Below are positions 31,762-41,281 of a DNA stretch of 64,000 nt, piece by piece. A program made the position numbers and the translations under genes. The stretch's first letter is position 1; each line of letters begins with the position of its first letter. Location: the sequence record NC_062581.1; one strand, written 5' to 3'. The notes below the pieces were generated by a model. That model had not been told where the DNA came from. It ran no database searches and saw nothing but the letters and a program-made list of their open reading frames with translations.

Positions 31762-33303
31762 TTAGTGGGCCATGTATTGTTTAATAACTGACATGATCTT
31801 ACCCAGATTAACATTTTTGACTTTGCTACTTGGAGGTAGGTAATCATAAATAGCAGTAAACAATTTAGCCACCCTCTGATTGGCTGGAATGGTTGGCGTA
31901 TTAATCAAACTAACCAATTCGCCGTAACCTAAAGGACCTTCCAGATTAGGCTGGAACCGAGTAATGTCAACGGTGGTTGTATATTCAAAAGGTTCTCTAA
32001 GTTTACCAATGACTTTATCGCCATTATTAATCTTAAACGGGGTGCCATTTCCACCAAACCAAACATCTACTGAACCTACGCCTTGGGTATACTTTAGACT
32101 GCCTACAACTTCATCATTAAGATAAAGATCGCCAATGATAGTACCTAGACCGTCAACGCCAACAATGTGGCTACGCAAAGCTACCGTGTCTGCATACCCA
32201 GTGTCCACAGCACTAACAATTACATTAGCGGTATTGGTGAACTGAACAATGGGACTGCCACCCGTGGTATAAAGGAAGACAAATGTTTCAACGGAACCAT
32301 CTTCCAATTCCAACAGAAAGTTAATTTGGTTTAAACCTAACTTAGTCAGTGTAACCGTAGGCATATCCTCGGGGTCAATCAAAGTTGCTGAGTTTACAAT
32401 CAGTTTACTTTCAGACCCACCTGCCCAAATATCTTCACTGTCTAACAAACCGTTGTACAATGGGTGGTCACCGTACGTGCTACGTAAAAAGCCTACGTTA
32501 ACAGGTGTCCGGTTATAGTCACCAGAGAAATAAGCCCCAAAGTTAACAGCTAGTTTATTAGCCATTGCAAACCATGCTTGGTTAGCTACGGGATAAGCTT
32601 GTTGAATATTAGGGATTACCGAACCATGGTCAGTCATGATTACTAAACCACCGCCTTGCCGTCGGTACGTAATTAGATCACGCACGGCGTTATCGGTAAG
32701 CTCTGTAGTGGACGTAGTGTATGTCGAACTCATTATGAACACACCAGCGTATTGTTCCAACTCATCTAAAGTTGGATTCAGATTACCAGCGGGATAACTT
32801 GTTCGGATTTTATACGTTGGTGTAATACCAGCAATTGCACAAATTCCATTCAGTGTAGTAAGAAAACTAAAACTGTCGGAATCAATAAGGCAATAGCTTG
32901 CACCGTAAGGAGCATTACCCAAGAACAGAAACTTATTATTACCAGCTGCAACTTTCTTAGGGTCGGCTACCCACTTCAATGCGTTGTGTACGTATTTGTG
33001 AGCACCTGATAAACCAGCAAACGTGGTAGCTCCGTTCCATGATCCGTTTTGCATCTTAGGGAAACCACCATCATACACAATTCGGCCACGACCGTCTTGT
33101 GTTACACCGATGAATGGATTGGGTGGAGTCAGTTGATCATAGGCAATGTATTCAGATAGCACTGGGGGTAGATCATTTAATGTCCATGCTACTCTTTTTA
33201 CATCAGAACTAAATGACCAATCCAGGTCAATACTGCCAACATAATTGCCGGGAATTTTACTAGGGGTTACGGTGGCCATTACAGTTACCTTTACCGCATC
33301 CAA
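31762..33303 (-). CDS. putative virion structural protein with class-I GATase-like (DUF4350-type) fold
   Basis: GRIVYDGGF, LEQYAGVFI, YRRQGGGLVIMTDH, ANKLAVNFG. Confidence 0.5.
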   Translation of the reverse strand: MDAVKVTVMATVTPSKIPGNYVGSIDLDWSFSSDVKRVAWTLNDLPPVLSEYIAYDQLTPPNPFIGVTQDGRGRIVYDGGFPKMQNGSWNGATTFAGLSGAHKYVHNALKWVADPKKVAAGNNKFLFLGNAPYGASYCLIDSDSFSFLTTLNGICAIAGITPTYKIRTSYPAGNLNPTLDELEQYAGVFIMSSTYTTSTTELTDNAVRDLITYRRQGGGLVIMTDHGSVIPNIQQAYPVANQAWFAMANKLAVNFGAYFSGDYNRTPVNVGFLRSTYGDHPLYNGLLDSEDIWAGGSESKLIVNSATLIDPEDMPTVTLTKLGLNQINFLLELEDGSVETFVFLYTTGGSPIVQFTNTANVIVSAVDTGYADTVALRSHIVGVDGLGTIIGDLYLNDEVVGSLKYTQGVGSVDVWFGGNGTPFKINNGDKVIGKLREPFEYTTTVDITRFQPNLEGPLGYGELVSLINTPTIPANQRVAKLFTAIYDYLPPSSKVKNVNLGKIMSVIKQYMAH

Positions 33304-35441
33304 CCAGGAATACGGTTAACAGTTTTAGGGATTTCAAATTGCTTACTATCAATGACAATATCGAATTGTTCAAAAGCTTTCTGGAGAGTACCGTGCATTA
33401 GACGATGTTCATCAAGCTCTTCAGGTTGTTCTTTGATGAACGATTCAAATGCTTCCTTTTGTTCAAAGGGAGATTTAACACCTGTGATTTCTTCAACCAT
33501 TGATTGACTCCAAGCAAGGATGTCGGCTGAACGGGTAGAGATGTTAGGTTCCTCACCTGTATCCAAAGTAGCAGTAAAAACAATTGTCTGTGAATCCTGA
33601 CCAATCCGATAGATACGAGCAATAGCTTGTTCTAGAATATAGCTACGGAAAGGGGAATTCAAAATCAACATGGTGTCGGCCATGGTAAGGCGTACAGCTG
33701 TTGCTAAAGAAGCGTATGTAGCCAACAATGGGTTTAGCTTAGGGTCTTTATCAAAACGAGTAACAATAGAAGCTAGCTCGTTAGATGTTTTACCATAAAC
33801 TGCAATTGGAGACATGCCCAATTTACGTACATGCACTTCAGAAGCTTCTAGCGCTTCAACAAATGAAGTGAACATGATGGTTTTCTTTTGGGTAGATTCG
33901 ACAATACCAACCCAGTCTACATACGGAACCATTGCAACGTGACATTCAATACGTTTACCACCCAAGATACGCCCAAGGGTTTCTCCTTGGATCTTAAGCA
34001 TAACGTATTTAATAGCTGACTTAACATCACGGAACTCATGAATCATTGATTGCGGTAGCGATGGACCAAACACCAGTTTCTCATAACGGTTAGTTGCTTT
34101 GATTTCTTCCCCTGTAAATCTAGGGTCAGGGTTAGCAATAACAATCTTGAGCACTCTACGGTATTCGTTGTACGCAGCAATCTGTTCTTTAGTCTTTAAC
34201 TTAGATTCATGAATAGCAAGACACTGTGCCCAATACTTATCATCTTGGGGTTTGCGATCTTTATAGAACTTCACCCGTTCTCGAATGAACTGTTCCATTA
34301 CTACTTTAATAGCAGCCAATGTAAAGTCTTTACCATTAGGAATCTGAATCTTGTAAGGTTTCATAATGGGTGGCTTTAGACCAGTTGATTCTTCCGTCTT
34401 AGCAATAAAGAAAGACATGAATCCCATTCGATGTCGGATGATATCTAAACCTTTACCGCCCTCTTTACCAAAGATCAGTTTAAAGCGTGCCTCAACCTCA
34501 GGAGTAAACAATGGATCAGATACGGCCATCAGTGTGATGAGTTCTGTACCAAGTGCCTTCACGGGCGTACCAGAGGCTAGGATGTTATCTTTAGAACCTA
34601 ACGCTTTAACACATGCAATGTACAATTGTGTTTGTAGCGACTTAGGATCGTTCATGTTGTGGCATTCATCTAGGGCTGTAAAGATTTTCAGTCCTTTGAA
34701 TACACCTGAATGAATAATGTCTAAGAAATTAGCCAGCCATTGGTAGTGTACAACAATTACTTTTTCATTGTTGTATGGACGACCCATATCCGATGCCCAA
34801 ACAGATGGTCCTTCCTTATACATCTCTTCTAGAGAAACAGTATCGGAATAATCATTCGATTCCATAGAAGGAACCCAAACTGTGTTGACTGCTCTTTTCT
34901 CAACAAAGAAGATCATTCGATCGGCATGAAGCATCTCACCAATCATTGTGGTCATGGCTGTTTTGCCAGTACCAGGTTCAGCGTGTAACAGATCACCCGT
35001 TAAGTTCCACTGATCAAGTCGATGGTTATAAGACTTGAAATAATCCATCTGTTCTTGTTTAGGGGTAAACTTAAATTTCTCTAACTGCTTGAAGTCTAAT
35101 CGGCCCGGCTTATTAGGATCTGGTTTAGCATAAGCTTGACCAATCCATGTGGACTCTATCATTGCTGCCCGAATAGCAGCGGCTTGCTTGACAGAAATGT
35201 ACCGAGAACGATAGTTCATTACGCTATCAAGAATGTACATGAAGTCAGGAGCAAAGAACTTATAAAAACGTAGTTCCGTACTTGATGCATGGTTAAAAAT
35301 GTTAGATGCAATACGTGAGGTTTTCCAGTGCTTGGAAATGTCTCGGACGAGGTGGCTCCCGTTTACGCCAGAAAGGATGATTTCGTTGCCTTGTTCTTTG
35401 GCAACTACGACGCCCATCACACGTCTGAAATAGCTCTGCAT
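33291..35441 (-). CDS. SNF2-family (SF2) helicase/ATPase, phiKZ gp203-like
   Basis: AEPGTGKT, LDECHN, ASGTP, QAIARIYRIGQ. Confidence 0.88.
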   Translation of the reverse strand: MQSYFRRVMGVVVAKEQGNEIILSGVNGSHLVRDISKHWKTSRIASNIFNHASSTELRFYKFFAPDFMYILDSVMNYRSRYISVKQAAAIRAAMIESTWIGQAYAKPDPNKPGRLDFKQLEKFKFTPKQEQMDYFKSYNHRLDQWNLTGDLLHAEPGTGKTAMTTMIGEMLHADRMIFFVEKRAVNTVWVPSMESNDYSDTVSLEEMYKEGPSVWASDMGRPYNNEKVIVVHYQWLANFLDIIHSGVFKGLKIFTALDECHNMNDPKSLQTQLYIACVKALGSKDNILASGTPVKALGTELITLMAVSDPLFTPEVEARFKLIFGKEGGKGLDIIRHRMGFMSFFIAKTEESTGLKPPIMKPYKIQIPNGKDFTLAAIKVVMEQFIRERVKFYKDRKPQDDKYWAQCLAIHESKLKTKEQIAAYNEYRRVLKIVIANPDPRFTGEEIKATNRYEKLVFGPSLPQSMIHEFRDVKSAIKYVMLKIQGETLGRILGGKRIECHVAMVPYVDWVGIVESTQKKTIMFTSFVEALEASEVHVRKLGMSPIAVYGKTSNELASIVTRFDKDPKLNPLLATYASLATAVRLTMADTMLILNSPFRSYILEQAIARIYRIGQDSQTIVFTATLDTGEEPNISTRSADILAWSQSMVEEITGVKSPFEQKEAFESFIKEQPEELDEHRLMHGTLQKAFEQFDIVIDSKQFEIPKTVNRIPGWMR

Positions 35442-35519
35442 GGTTAAACCCTTGTTCTTTATTAGAAGTCATAAGATTAGCCTCAGTGTAGTTTAAGTAA
35501 TAAAGTACGCAAGAATGCC

Positions 35520-35690
35520 AATACTATAGACAAGGGTACGCGCGAATGCGCAGACCGCGAGGAGGTGATCCAGTCGTTAATCCCAAACCAGGTGCTTTAC
35601 CAAGCCATAGCTGAGAAGCTACGAAAGCCTGACTACGAACCTTGTCTATTAGAGTCTGACCTCTGTTGGTTACCTTCGGGTAACCATTAT
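35520..35690 (+). ncRNA. candidate structured non-coding RNA complementary to the 16S rRNA 3' end
   Basis: 10-bp closing stem 35526-35535/35640-35649; internal hairpins including a GAGA tetraloop; AGGAGGTGATCCAGTCG at 35560-35576; UUCG hairpin at 35667-35686. Confidence 0.5.
35667..35686 (+). terminator. UUCG hairpin terminator
   Basis: TGGTTACC-TTCG-GGTAACCA then TTATG. Confidence 0.65.
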
Positions 35691-35702
35691 GTCCTAACAC
35701 AA

Positions 35703-35723
35703 AAAATCTCACGTCTATATTAC
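35703..35723 (+). promoter_or_regulatory. early promoter (variant A)
   Basis: AAAATCTCACGTCTATATTAC. Confidence 0.75.
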
Positions 35724-35751
35724 ATATTCACACTATCAAAAGGAATTTACC

Positions 35752-36255
35752 ATGTCCCATAATCCAATGTCTGAATTGCACCAACAACAGATCACCGGTG
35801 GTACTAACCCACTCACTAACATCTCTGTGTCCAGTGTAGCGGGTAAAGTGAGCTTTGGTACCGAAGCTGATCCTACCGAAGTATATCAAGATTGGCCTGC
35901 GCGTTTTCATGTGCTGGACTCAGTTGACTTCTTGACTTACGAACAAGTGTTAAAAGCGTTTACTGACGAAGATACTTGGTTTAAACTTGATGCAGTTCAT
36001 GACGCTATTAATGAAGCAGGTCAACGCTTGGTTAATATAGGCTATGATGACGATATTGGTACTGCTGTTAAACGCATGACTGTGTCGCTGCCTGGTATTA
36101 TGCCACCCGATGTATTGAAAGCACTGTACGAAAAAGTGCGTGATGCTGGCCATCTACTTTATCCGGTACGCCGTATGGGTATTGACAGTACTACGTTTAC
36201 CGTCTTCACTATTGTCCCAGGATATGCAGCTCTTGCACAGCACTCCAACAGTTGA
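35752..36255 (+). CDS. hypothetical early protein
   Basis: 167 aa, AAGGA SD. Confidence 0.7.
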   Translation: MSHNPMSELHQQQITGGTNPLTNISVSSVAGKVSFGTEADPTEVYQDWPARFHVLDSVDFLTYEQVLKAFTDEDTWFKLDAVHDAINEAGQRLVNIGYDDDIGTAVKRMTVSLPGIMPPDVLKALYEKVRDAGHLLYPVRRMGIDSTTFTVFTIVPGYAALAQHSNS

Positions 36256-36670
36256 TACAATCCCACTAGAGACTCGTGTAAAGATCATTGCTGAAGCTGC
36301 GGCCTATGCAAATGAAAGATACATGGAACGGTGCTGGATTGAAAACGATGCAGAAGGCTTTACCGGTTGGCGGTGGGACAAGCACAATGTGATACCTTAC
36401 ATTGTCTGCGCCGCTAATCGTTACAAAGATTTTATTGTCACAGGTAGTCGTCATCTATCTGCACCTATGTGGATGACAATTGAATTGGTGGGTATGGATG
36501 CACTACATGCCTACGCTGGTGGGCGCGATAACGAAGAACAAGGTTTCATTGACCAGTTCGGTACTTATTGGAATCGACGTGATGCGTATGCCCACTGTGT
36601 TAAACATGGTCGTCTTTTGTTAGAAGACGGGGCGTCTAAAACACAGTTGTTTTCTGAACATCTCTTTTAA
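36140..36670 (+). CDS. conserved-type phage hypothetical protein (true start probably 36224-36323)
   Basis: IVCAANR, GSRH, QGFIDQFG, LFSEHLF pattern recalled from a widespread phage family of unknown function. Confidence 0.6.
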   Translation: MMLAIYFIRYAVWVLTVLRLPSSLLSQDMQLLHSTPTVDTIPLETRVKIIAEAAAYANERYMERCWIENDAEGFTGWRWDKHNVIPYIVCAANRYKDFIVTGSRHLSAPMWMTIELVGMDALHAYAGGRDNEEQGFIDQFGTYWNRRDAYAHCVKHGRLLLEDGASKTQLFSEHLF

Positions 36671-36678
36671 GGATTAAC

Positions 36679-37134
36679 ATGGCTAAGAAAAAACCAGCTA
36701 CTACAGTTCGTATTGAATTTGTAGGTACTGGGATTGTAATTGAAAACGTTATCTTTAAGTCTATTCCTTTAATGCCCGGAATGACACAGTATGCGCACAT
36801 TGAACAAAAAGGTAATTCCTGGTTGTTCTTGCATACAGAAGGAATGCTGTTTGATGAATTGTGTGGTGAAAATGAAACGCGTGTTTTGCGTTCTTTTACT
36901 AAGGAACCAACACCTCGTTCAAAAACACTCACTCTACCAATTGTTTGTTTGATGACTGCAGATGACAGACCTTTGGCTGTAACGCGCTACACGGTGTTGA
37001 CTGCAATGAATGCAAACAAGTTTTATTTCCTAGATGAGTTACCTGATCACACGTTCCGTATCTGTCATGAGACCAAATGGTTTCCAGGTACGTTACATGA
37101 ACAAGTAACCGCTATTAAAATTACAAAGGAATAA
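36679..37134 (+). CDS. hypothetical protein
   Basis: 151 aa, AAGGA SD. Confidence 0.65.
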   Translation: MAKKKPATTVRIEFVGTGIVIENVIFKSIPLMPGMTQYAHIEQKGNSWLFLHTEGMLFDELCGENETRVLRSFTKEPTPRSKTLTLPIVCLMTADDRPLAVTRYTVLTAMNANKFYFLDELPDHTFRICHETKWFPGTLHEQVTAIKITKE

Positions 37135-37136
37135 AA

Positions 37137-37517
37137 ATGCCTGATCGTAACTTTGTATGTGACTGGTTTGGGGGCATCCATTTGATAGTTGCTAATAATC
37201 TTAGTGACGTTGAATGCCTGCAAAAACAGTTTCGTGCTTACTTGCCACAAACCAAAATTGTGGCCATGGACGATTTTGTTAAAGCTCCTGAATCATATCC
37301 AAGCAGTAGTATAGTTTGGCAGGTACGGGGTGACGGAGCGGGATTAGCTAGTCTTCTGGATAAAGAAGAGTGGGATGGTTCTATTCTTTTTATTCCCACT
37401 AGCGTAATTATTGTTAATGACGACGGTAGCTATGTTGATCTCCGTGATCAATTTGGTAGTAAATGGGGTGTACACCCTTATCACGTTAAACGAGATTCCA
37501 ATGAAGCCAGCCAGTAA
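37137..37517 (+). CDS. hypothetical protein
   Basis: 126 aa in operon. Confidence 0.6.
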   Translation: MPDRNFVCDWFGGIHLIVANNLSDVECLQKQFRAYLPQTKIVAMDDFVKAPESYPSSSIVWQVRGDGAGLASLLDKEEWDGSILFIPTSVIIVNDDGSYVDLRDQFGSKWGVHPYHVKRDSNEASQ

Positions 37518-37845
37518 CGAAGACCGAGAGTTGTTTATTGCCCATACCGCGGGTTGGATAAAAGATTTTCAGAAACAAGTTACAGAAGGTAAATTAACGG
37601 AACGTGAATTAGCCTGTTTTAATCAAGGCTTGGACATGGGGGTAGGTATACTGTTATCTCTTACAGATTCGCGGGAAGATAATAAAGCACTTTATCGCAT
37701 TACCAATACTGAAGGTGAATTCATTCCATTCTATGCTGATAATCATCCTAGTGGGTTCATTAAAGAAGCTGATGGTAATTTTAAATCTGAAGAAGGTTTA
37801 ATTGTTGCTATTCAAAATTGGGATATCAACAAGATTAATTCTTAA
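37501..37845 (+). CDS. hypothetical protein
   Basis: MKPASNE start overlapping the upstream stop. Confidence 0.6.
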   Translation: MKPASNEDRELFIAHTAGWIKDFQKQVTEGKLTERELACFNQGLDMGVGILLSLTDSREDNKALYRITNTEGEFIPFYADNHPSGFIKEADGNFKSEEGLIVAIQNWDINKINS

Positions 37846-37914
37846 GGATACATAATGCCTGTATATGAACAAGTGAGGATACGATTTTAAACTGTTAACC
37901 CAAAGGGGTCTCTC

Positions 37915-38082
37915 ATGTCAAAGTCGTATCGTACCTGCTATTACTCCCGCAAAGAACTCTGGTCCCCTCGCCCAATGCGTTTCTGGACTGCTAATAAATG
38001 GTCCAAGGTTAAATGCCATCGGATCGAACGAGTTCAAGCAAAACACCAAATCTTCAACGAACTACATGCACTGTGCTGCTAA
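37915..38082 (+). CDS. small basic protein (55 aa, not in ORF track)
   Basis: MSKSYRTCYYSRKELW...HALCC; purine-rich SD; stop codon lies in the terminator stem. Confidence 0.55.
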   Translation: MSKSYRTCYYSRKELWSPRPMRFWTANKWSKVKCHRIERVQAKHQIFNELHALCC

Positions 38083-38105
38083 CCCTTCGGGGTTAGCTTT
38101 ATTTT
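38078..38105 (+). terminator. UUCG terminator
   Basis: GCTAACCC-TTCG-GGGTTAGC-TTTATTTT. Confidence 0.75.
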
Positions 38106-38120
38106 CTTTAGAGGTTTTAC

Positions 38121-39506
38121 ATGCAAGTATCAATGGGTGAAACAATCCTGCACACCGTTACATTGGCCTATGGTCCTGTTAACGGTGTATCTATTCTTCG
38201 TACTACACCCGAAGAAGCAGAAGTTGTAGCGGGTTGGTTACGAGATGGCTCTATTGTTTGCGATATTAAACAATCCGGTTTTTGTATTAACGATACTTTA
38301 TTTACCAAAGTTATTTCTGGTGAATCGATAGAAAACATTTTTGTAGCATACATCACGTGGTATGATGAATGTCCATTTCCTTTCTTTACACCAAAAGACT
38401 ATTGTGAGTCTGCTTTCTTTGATACCAGTAAAAGCCATATTGGTTTGCGTCAATACTGTTTTCAGAATGATCAACTCCATATGTTCGATGCAGATTTTTT
38501 AGAGCTGATGCACGCTCACCGTCGAAATATTACAAAACGTGCCGATGCTGATCCATCTATTCCAGATGAACTGGATGTAGAAATGGATGAACAATGGCGA
38601 GTAGCTAATAGTTCTATCAAACCCGATCAATGGCCTAGTTTTATGCCAGGTGGGGTTTACAACAAAGAACTACACCGTCAAAATTGTGAAGAACTCGCGC
38701 AGCTGTATCCTAACGTTGAGATTCTGCGTCTTCCGGATCTTTTCAAAAGAAACGGTGAAATAGATGAAGTTAGTTTGCAGAAAAAACGGGCTAATCTACA
38801 CCAAGCTTTACAACGGAATGTAAACGATACAACTTGGCTGGCTGGGTTGTTTGCTTCTTTTCGCGGAGCAATCAGTAGTGTCGCTAAAATGAAAGATGTT
38901 GCAAATGCCATTGATGTAAAGATGCGTGAAGCTCACGAAATGGCATTAACTCCAACTGAACGATGCCGCCAATTGGATGTACGCACGAGCCGCATTAAAC
39001 TAATTGATTGTTATGCTACTCAGATTTTTGCAGCAAAGCCAAGAATGAGTCCTTACACAAACACCGATATTAATGCTTTACTTTGGTTACTTTCTGAGAT
39101 TCGCCATAATGATGAATTCTTTAAAGGTATTCCAATTACTAAGACGGTATTGCCTTACATTGGTAAGGTGTTACATGACCTGGAAATATATGTACAAAAA
39201 GATATATTTGATGTAGCCCCCGAACTATCTCCAAAAGAAACACTAGATACGTTGGTCTTGCGTTACATTGCCATGATCAATGTTAACACTGATAAAGGTT
39301 TTGATTGGACTGTCGATTATTATGGGGAATACACCAACCTTAATCACTTGTTGTGGATGTTGAAAGAAGTACAAGAAAACCCAGAGCAATCCCATACTAA
39401 GAAACATCGTTGGATTGGTTTTGTACAGAGTCAACTGGTTGCATATAAGTTCACCACTGTTAACTATGAACGCAATGCTACTCGTTGGATTCTGGACGGC
39501 CAATAA
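38121..39506 (+). CDS. multidomain hypothetical protein
   Basis: 461 aa; C-terminal HLLWML...KHRWIGFVQ...ERNATR motif with a partial internal duplicate. Confidence 0.7.
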   Translation: MQVSMGETILHTVTLAYGPVNGVSILRTTPEEAEVVAGWLRDGSIVCDIKQSGFCINDTLFTKVISGESIENIFVAYITWYDECPFPFFTPKDYCESAFFDTSKSHIGLRQYCFQNDQLHMFDADFLELMHAHRRNITKRADADPSIPDELDVEMDEQWRVANSSIKPDQWPSFMPGGVYNKELHRQNCEELAQLYPNVEILRLPDLFKRNGEIDEVSLQKKRANLHQALQRNVNDTTWLAGLFASFRGAISSVAKMKDVANAIDVKMREAHEMALTPTERCRQLDVRTSRIKLIDCYATQIFAAKPRMSPYTNTDINALLWLLSEIRHNDEFFKGIPITKTVLPYIGKVLHDLEIYVQKDIFDVAPELSPKETLDTLVLRYIAMINVNTDKGFDWTVDYYGEYTNLNHLLWMLKEVQENPEQSHTKKHRWIGFVQSQLVAYKFTTVNYERNATRWILDGQ

Positions 39507-39547
39507 TGTGTAGGGTACATTGGGTACCCTTAACAAAGGAAATAATA

Positions 39548-39889
39548 ATGCCTCTTACAGAATGCACTGGTCCCACTGGTTTTGATACTGAGCCGCATGG
39601 CGCTGGTAATCAAGAACTTCCTGATGTGGTAACCCCAGAAATCTACATGGATATGTTTACTCACAATACCGCTACCAAAACAATCTTGTTGATTGAAGCA
39701 GCATTGATTGGTACAGCACCAATTCCGAGTGGGGAAGGTAGCTATCTTCGTGTAGAAGTACCTATTGTTGTAAACGGTCGAGTGGGTAGCATTGTTACAC
39801 AGCGTTATACTGATGTGGGTTGGAAAAACGTAACGTTGGTACGTATGACCGATACAAGCAAATCTTTGTTCACTGCATATTTTCCGTAA
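39548..39889 (+). CDS. hypothetical protein
   Basis: MPLTECTG start after AAGGA. Confidence 0.6.
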   Translation: MPLTECTGPTGFDTEPHGAGNQELPDVVTPEIYMDMFTHNTATKTILLIEAALIGTAPIPSGEGSYLRVEVPIVVNGRVGSIVTQRYTDVGWKNVTLVRMTDTSKSLFTAYFP

Positions 39890-39891
39890 GT

Positions 39892-40539
39892 ATGCATCTG
39901 GGTGTAGTAGCGGGAGTCGGTTCTCGTACTGTTCCTGAATGGGCATTAGAGCTCATGATCCGTCTGGGTCGTACCTATACGGATCTAGGTTATCAAATGT
40001 CATCAGGGGACGCATGGGACTCGGACCGTGCGTTCCTTTATGGCGCAGCACAGTCGAAACGATACCAAGAAATTGGCGCTAAAGTTTATTTGCATAAAGA
40101 TGGAACCAACGGTAGGTGGATTAAAGATAATCCATTTTACTACGATGCATCACTGTTTGATACAACTGTAGCAACCACCGCAAGATCAATGGCTATATTA
40201 GCCAGAGGTTCAACGTGGGGGTTAAATGAAACAGGGTTAGCACTGCATACCCGTAATGTTTATCAGATTCATGGTATCAATTTAGATGAGCTAGTTAAAG
40301 CCATTTACTTTTATGCCGAGCCTTTAGGCAAGACTAAAGTGTCAGGTGGTACTAACACGGCGTTACAGTTAGCTGTCAAAGCTGGTGTACCCATTGTTAA
40401 GAATCTGTATTACCAAGAAACAGTTGATGAAATAACCAAATGGCTAGAAGAGAACGAACTGGATTATCCATACATCGATATTGACTGGCATCAAATACAC
40501 AAACCAAATGATCCGCGTTTACAGGAATTTGAAGAATGA
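39892..40539 (+). CDS. SLOG-superfamily (DprA/Smf-like Rossmann) protein
   Basis: VAGVGSRTVP, GYQMSSGDAWDSDRAFLYGA, SGGTNTALQLA. Confidence 0.75.
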   Translation: MHLGVVAGVGSRTVPEWALELMIRLGRTYTDLGYQMSSGDAWDSDRAFLYGAAQSKRYQEIGAKVYLHKDGTNGRWIKDNPFYYDASLFDTTVATTARSMAILARGSTWGLNETGLALHTRNVYQIHGINLDELVKAIYFYAEPLGKTKVSGGTNTALQLAVKAGVPIVKNLYYQETVDEITKWLEENELDYPYIDIDWHQIHKPNDPRLQEFEE

Positions 40540-41090
40540 AGTTGTGGCAATGGTTGAAAAGTCTGTTTACCCGCAAAAAGAAAGTTACTCCCATTCGATC
40601 TACACCAACTCGTTCTCATGGTGAATCCGAAAGCCGCCATTGGCCTGCCCTGACCGCATCGGCACATGGGCGACATGTAGCACAACAGAGTGTTGGCCGG
40701 TCACTCCATAACAACTATGCACCGGTGAAGCGAACATATACCGCAGCCACTCCTGTGCACCAAGTAGACACTGGTCTGGATACACTTTCTACCGTTTTGT
40801 TGATTGATGCATTAACAGACGTGTTTGATCATAACGACACACCTCTTCGCAATATTGATGATGAAGTTCGAGAACGCATTGCAACCACACGTAATGAACC
40901 CGTATACGAATCGACACCGTCAGTAGAACCTACCCGCTCTACTTATACGCCATCACCTGAACCAACGACTCGTTTTGACGATGATCGCAGTTCTAGTTTT
41001 GAGCCATCACCCACCAGCAGTTGGGGTGGAGATAACGGCGGTGGAAGTAGTAGTTCTTGGGGTGATTCTTTTTCATCGGCTTTTGATTGA
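40536..41090 (+). CDS. hypothetical protein with amphipathic N-terminus and Ser/Gly/Pro-rich tail
   Basis: MKLWQWLKSLFTRKKK ... SSSWGGDNGGGSSSSWGDSF. Confidence 0.65.
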   Translation: MKLWQWLKSLFTRKKKVTPIRSTPTRSHGESESRHWPALTASAHGRHVAQQSVGRSLHNNYAPVKRTYTAATPVHQVDTGLDTLSTVLLIDALTDVFDHNDTPLRNIDDEVRERIATTRNEPVYESTPSVEPTRSTYTPSPEPTTRFDDDRSSSFEPSPTSSWGGDNGGGSSSSWGDSFSSAFD

Positions 41091-41098
41091 GTTCAAAC

Positions 41099-41281
41099 AT
41101 GAAGAAAGGTTTTCGTCGGCTGTATACCAGTTTGCATCGAACTGATCGTAAACGGTCAGCACGGCATAGAGAGCTAGCCGATAGCCAGCTCATGCCTGAA
41201 ATAATTGGATGGCGGAAGTGTACAACCATCCAACCACTTGAACGAGAATTTACACATGTCGCTACGGCACAGGTTGCATAG
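41099..41281 (+). CDS. small Arg/Lys-rich protein
   Basis: MKKGFRRLYTSLHRTDRKRSARHR. Confidence 0.45.
   Translation: MKKGFRRLYTSLHRTDRKRSARHRELADSQLMPEIIGWRKCTTIQPLEREFTHVATAQVA

Noticed and set aside
35560-35576. 16S rRNA gene fragment
   Set aside because: Only two short matches to the 16S 3' end, with unrelated flanks; kept as a candidate antisense RNA, not an rRNA feature
35608-35630. Hammerhead ribozyme (CTGA...GAAA)
   Set aside because: Core reads CUGAGAA, not CUGANGA, and the CUGA is part of a GNRA hairpin
35565-35762. 65-aa ORF MIQSLIP...
   Set aside because: Its GTG lies inside the SD-like sequence (no spacing), and the frame runs through a terminator and an early promoter
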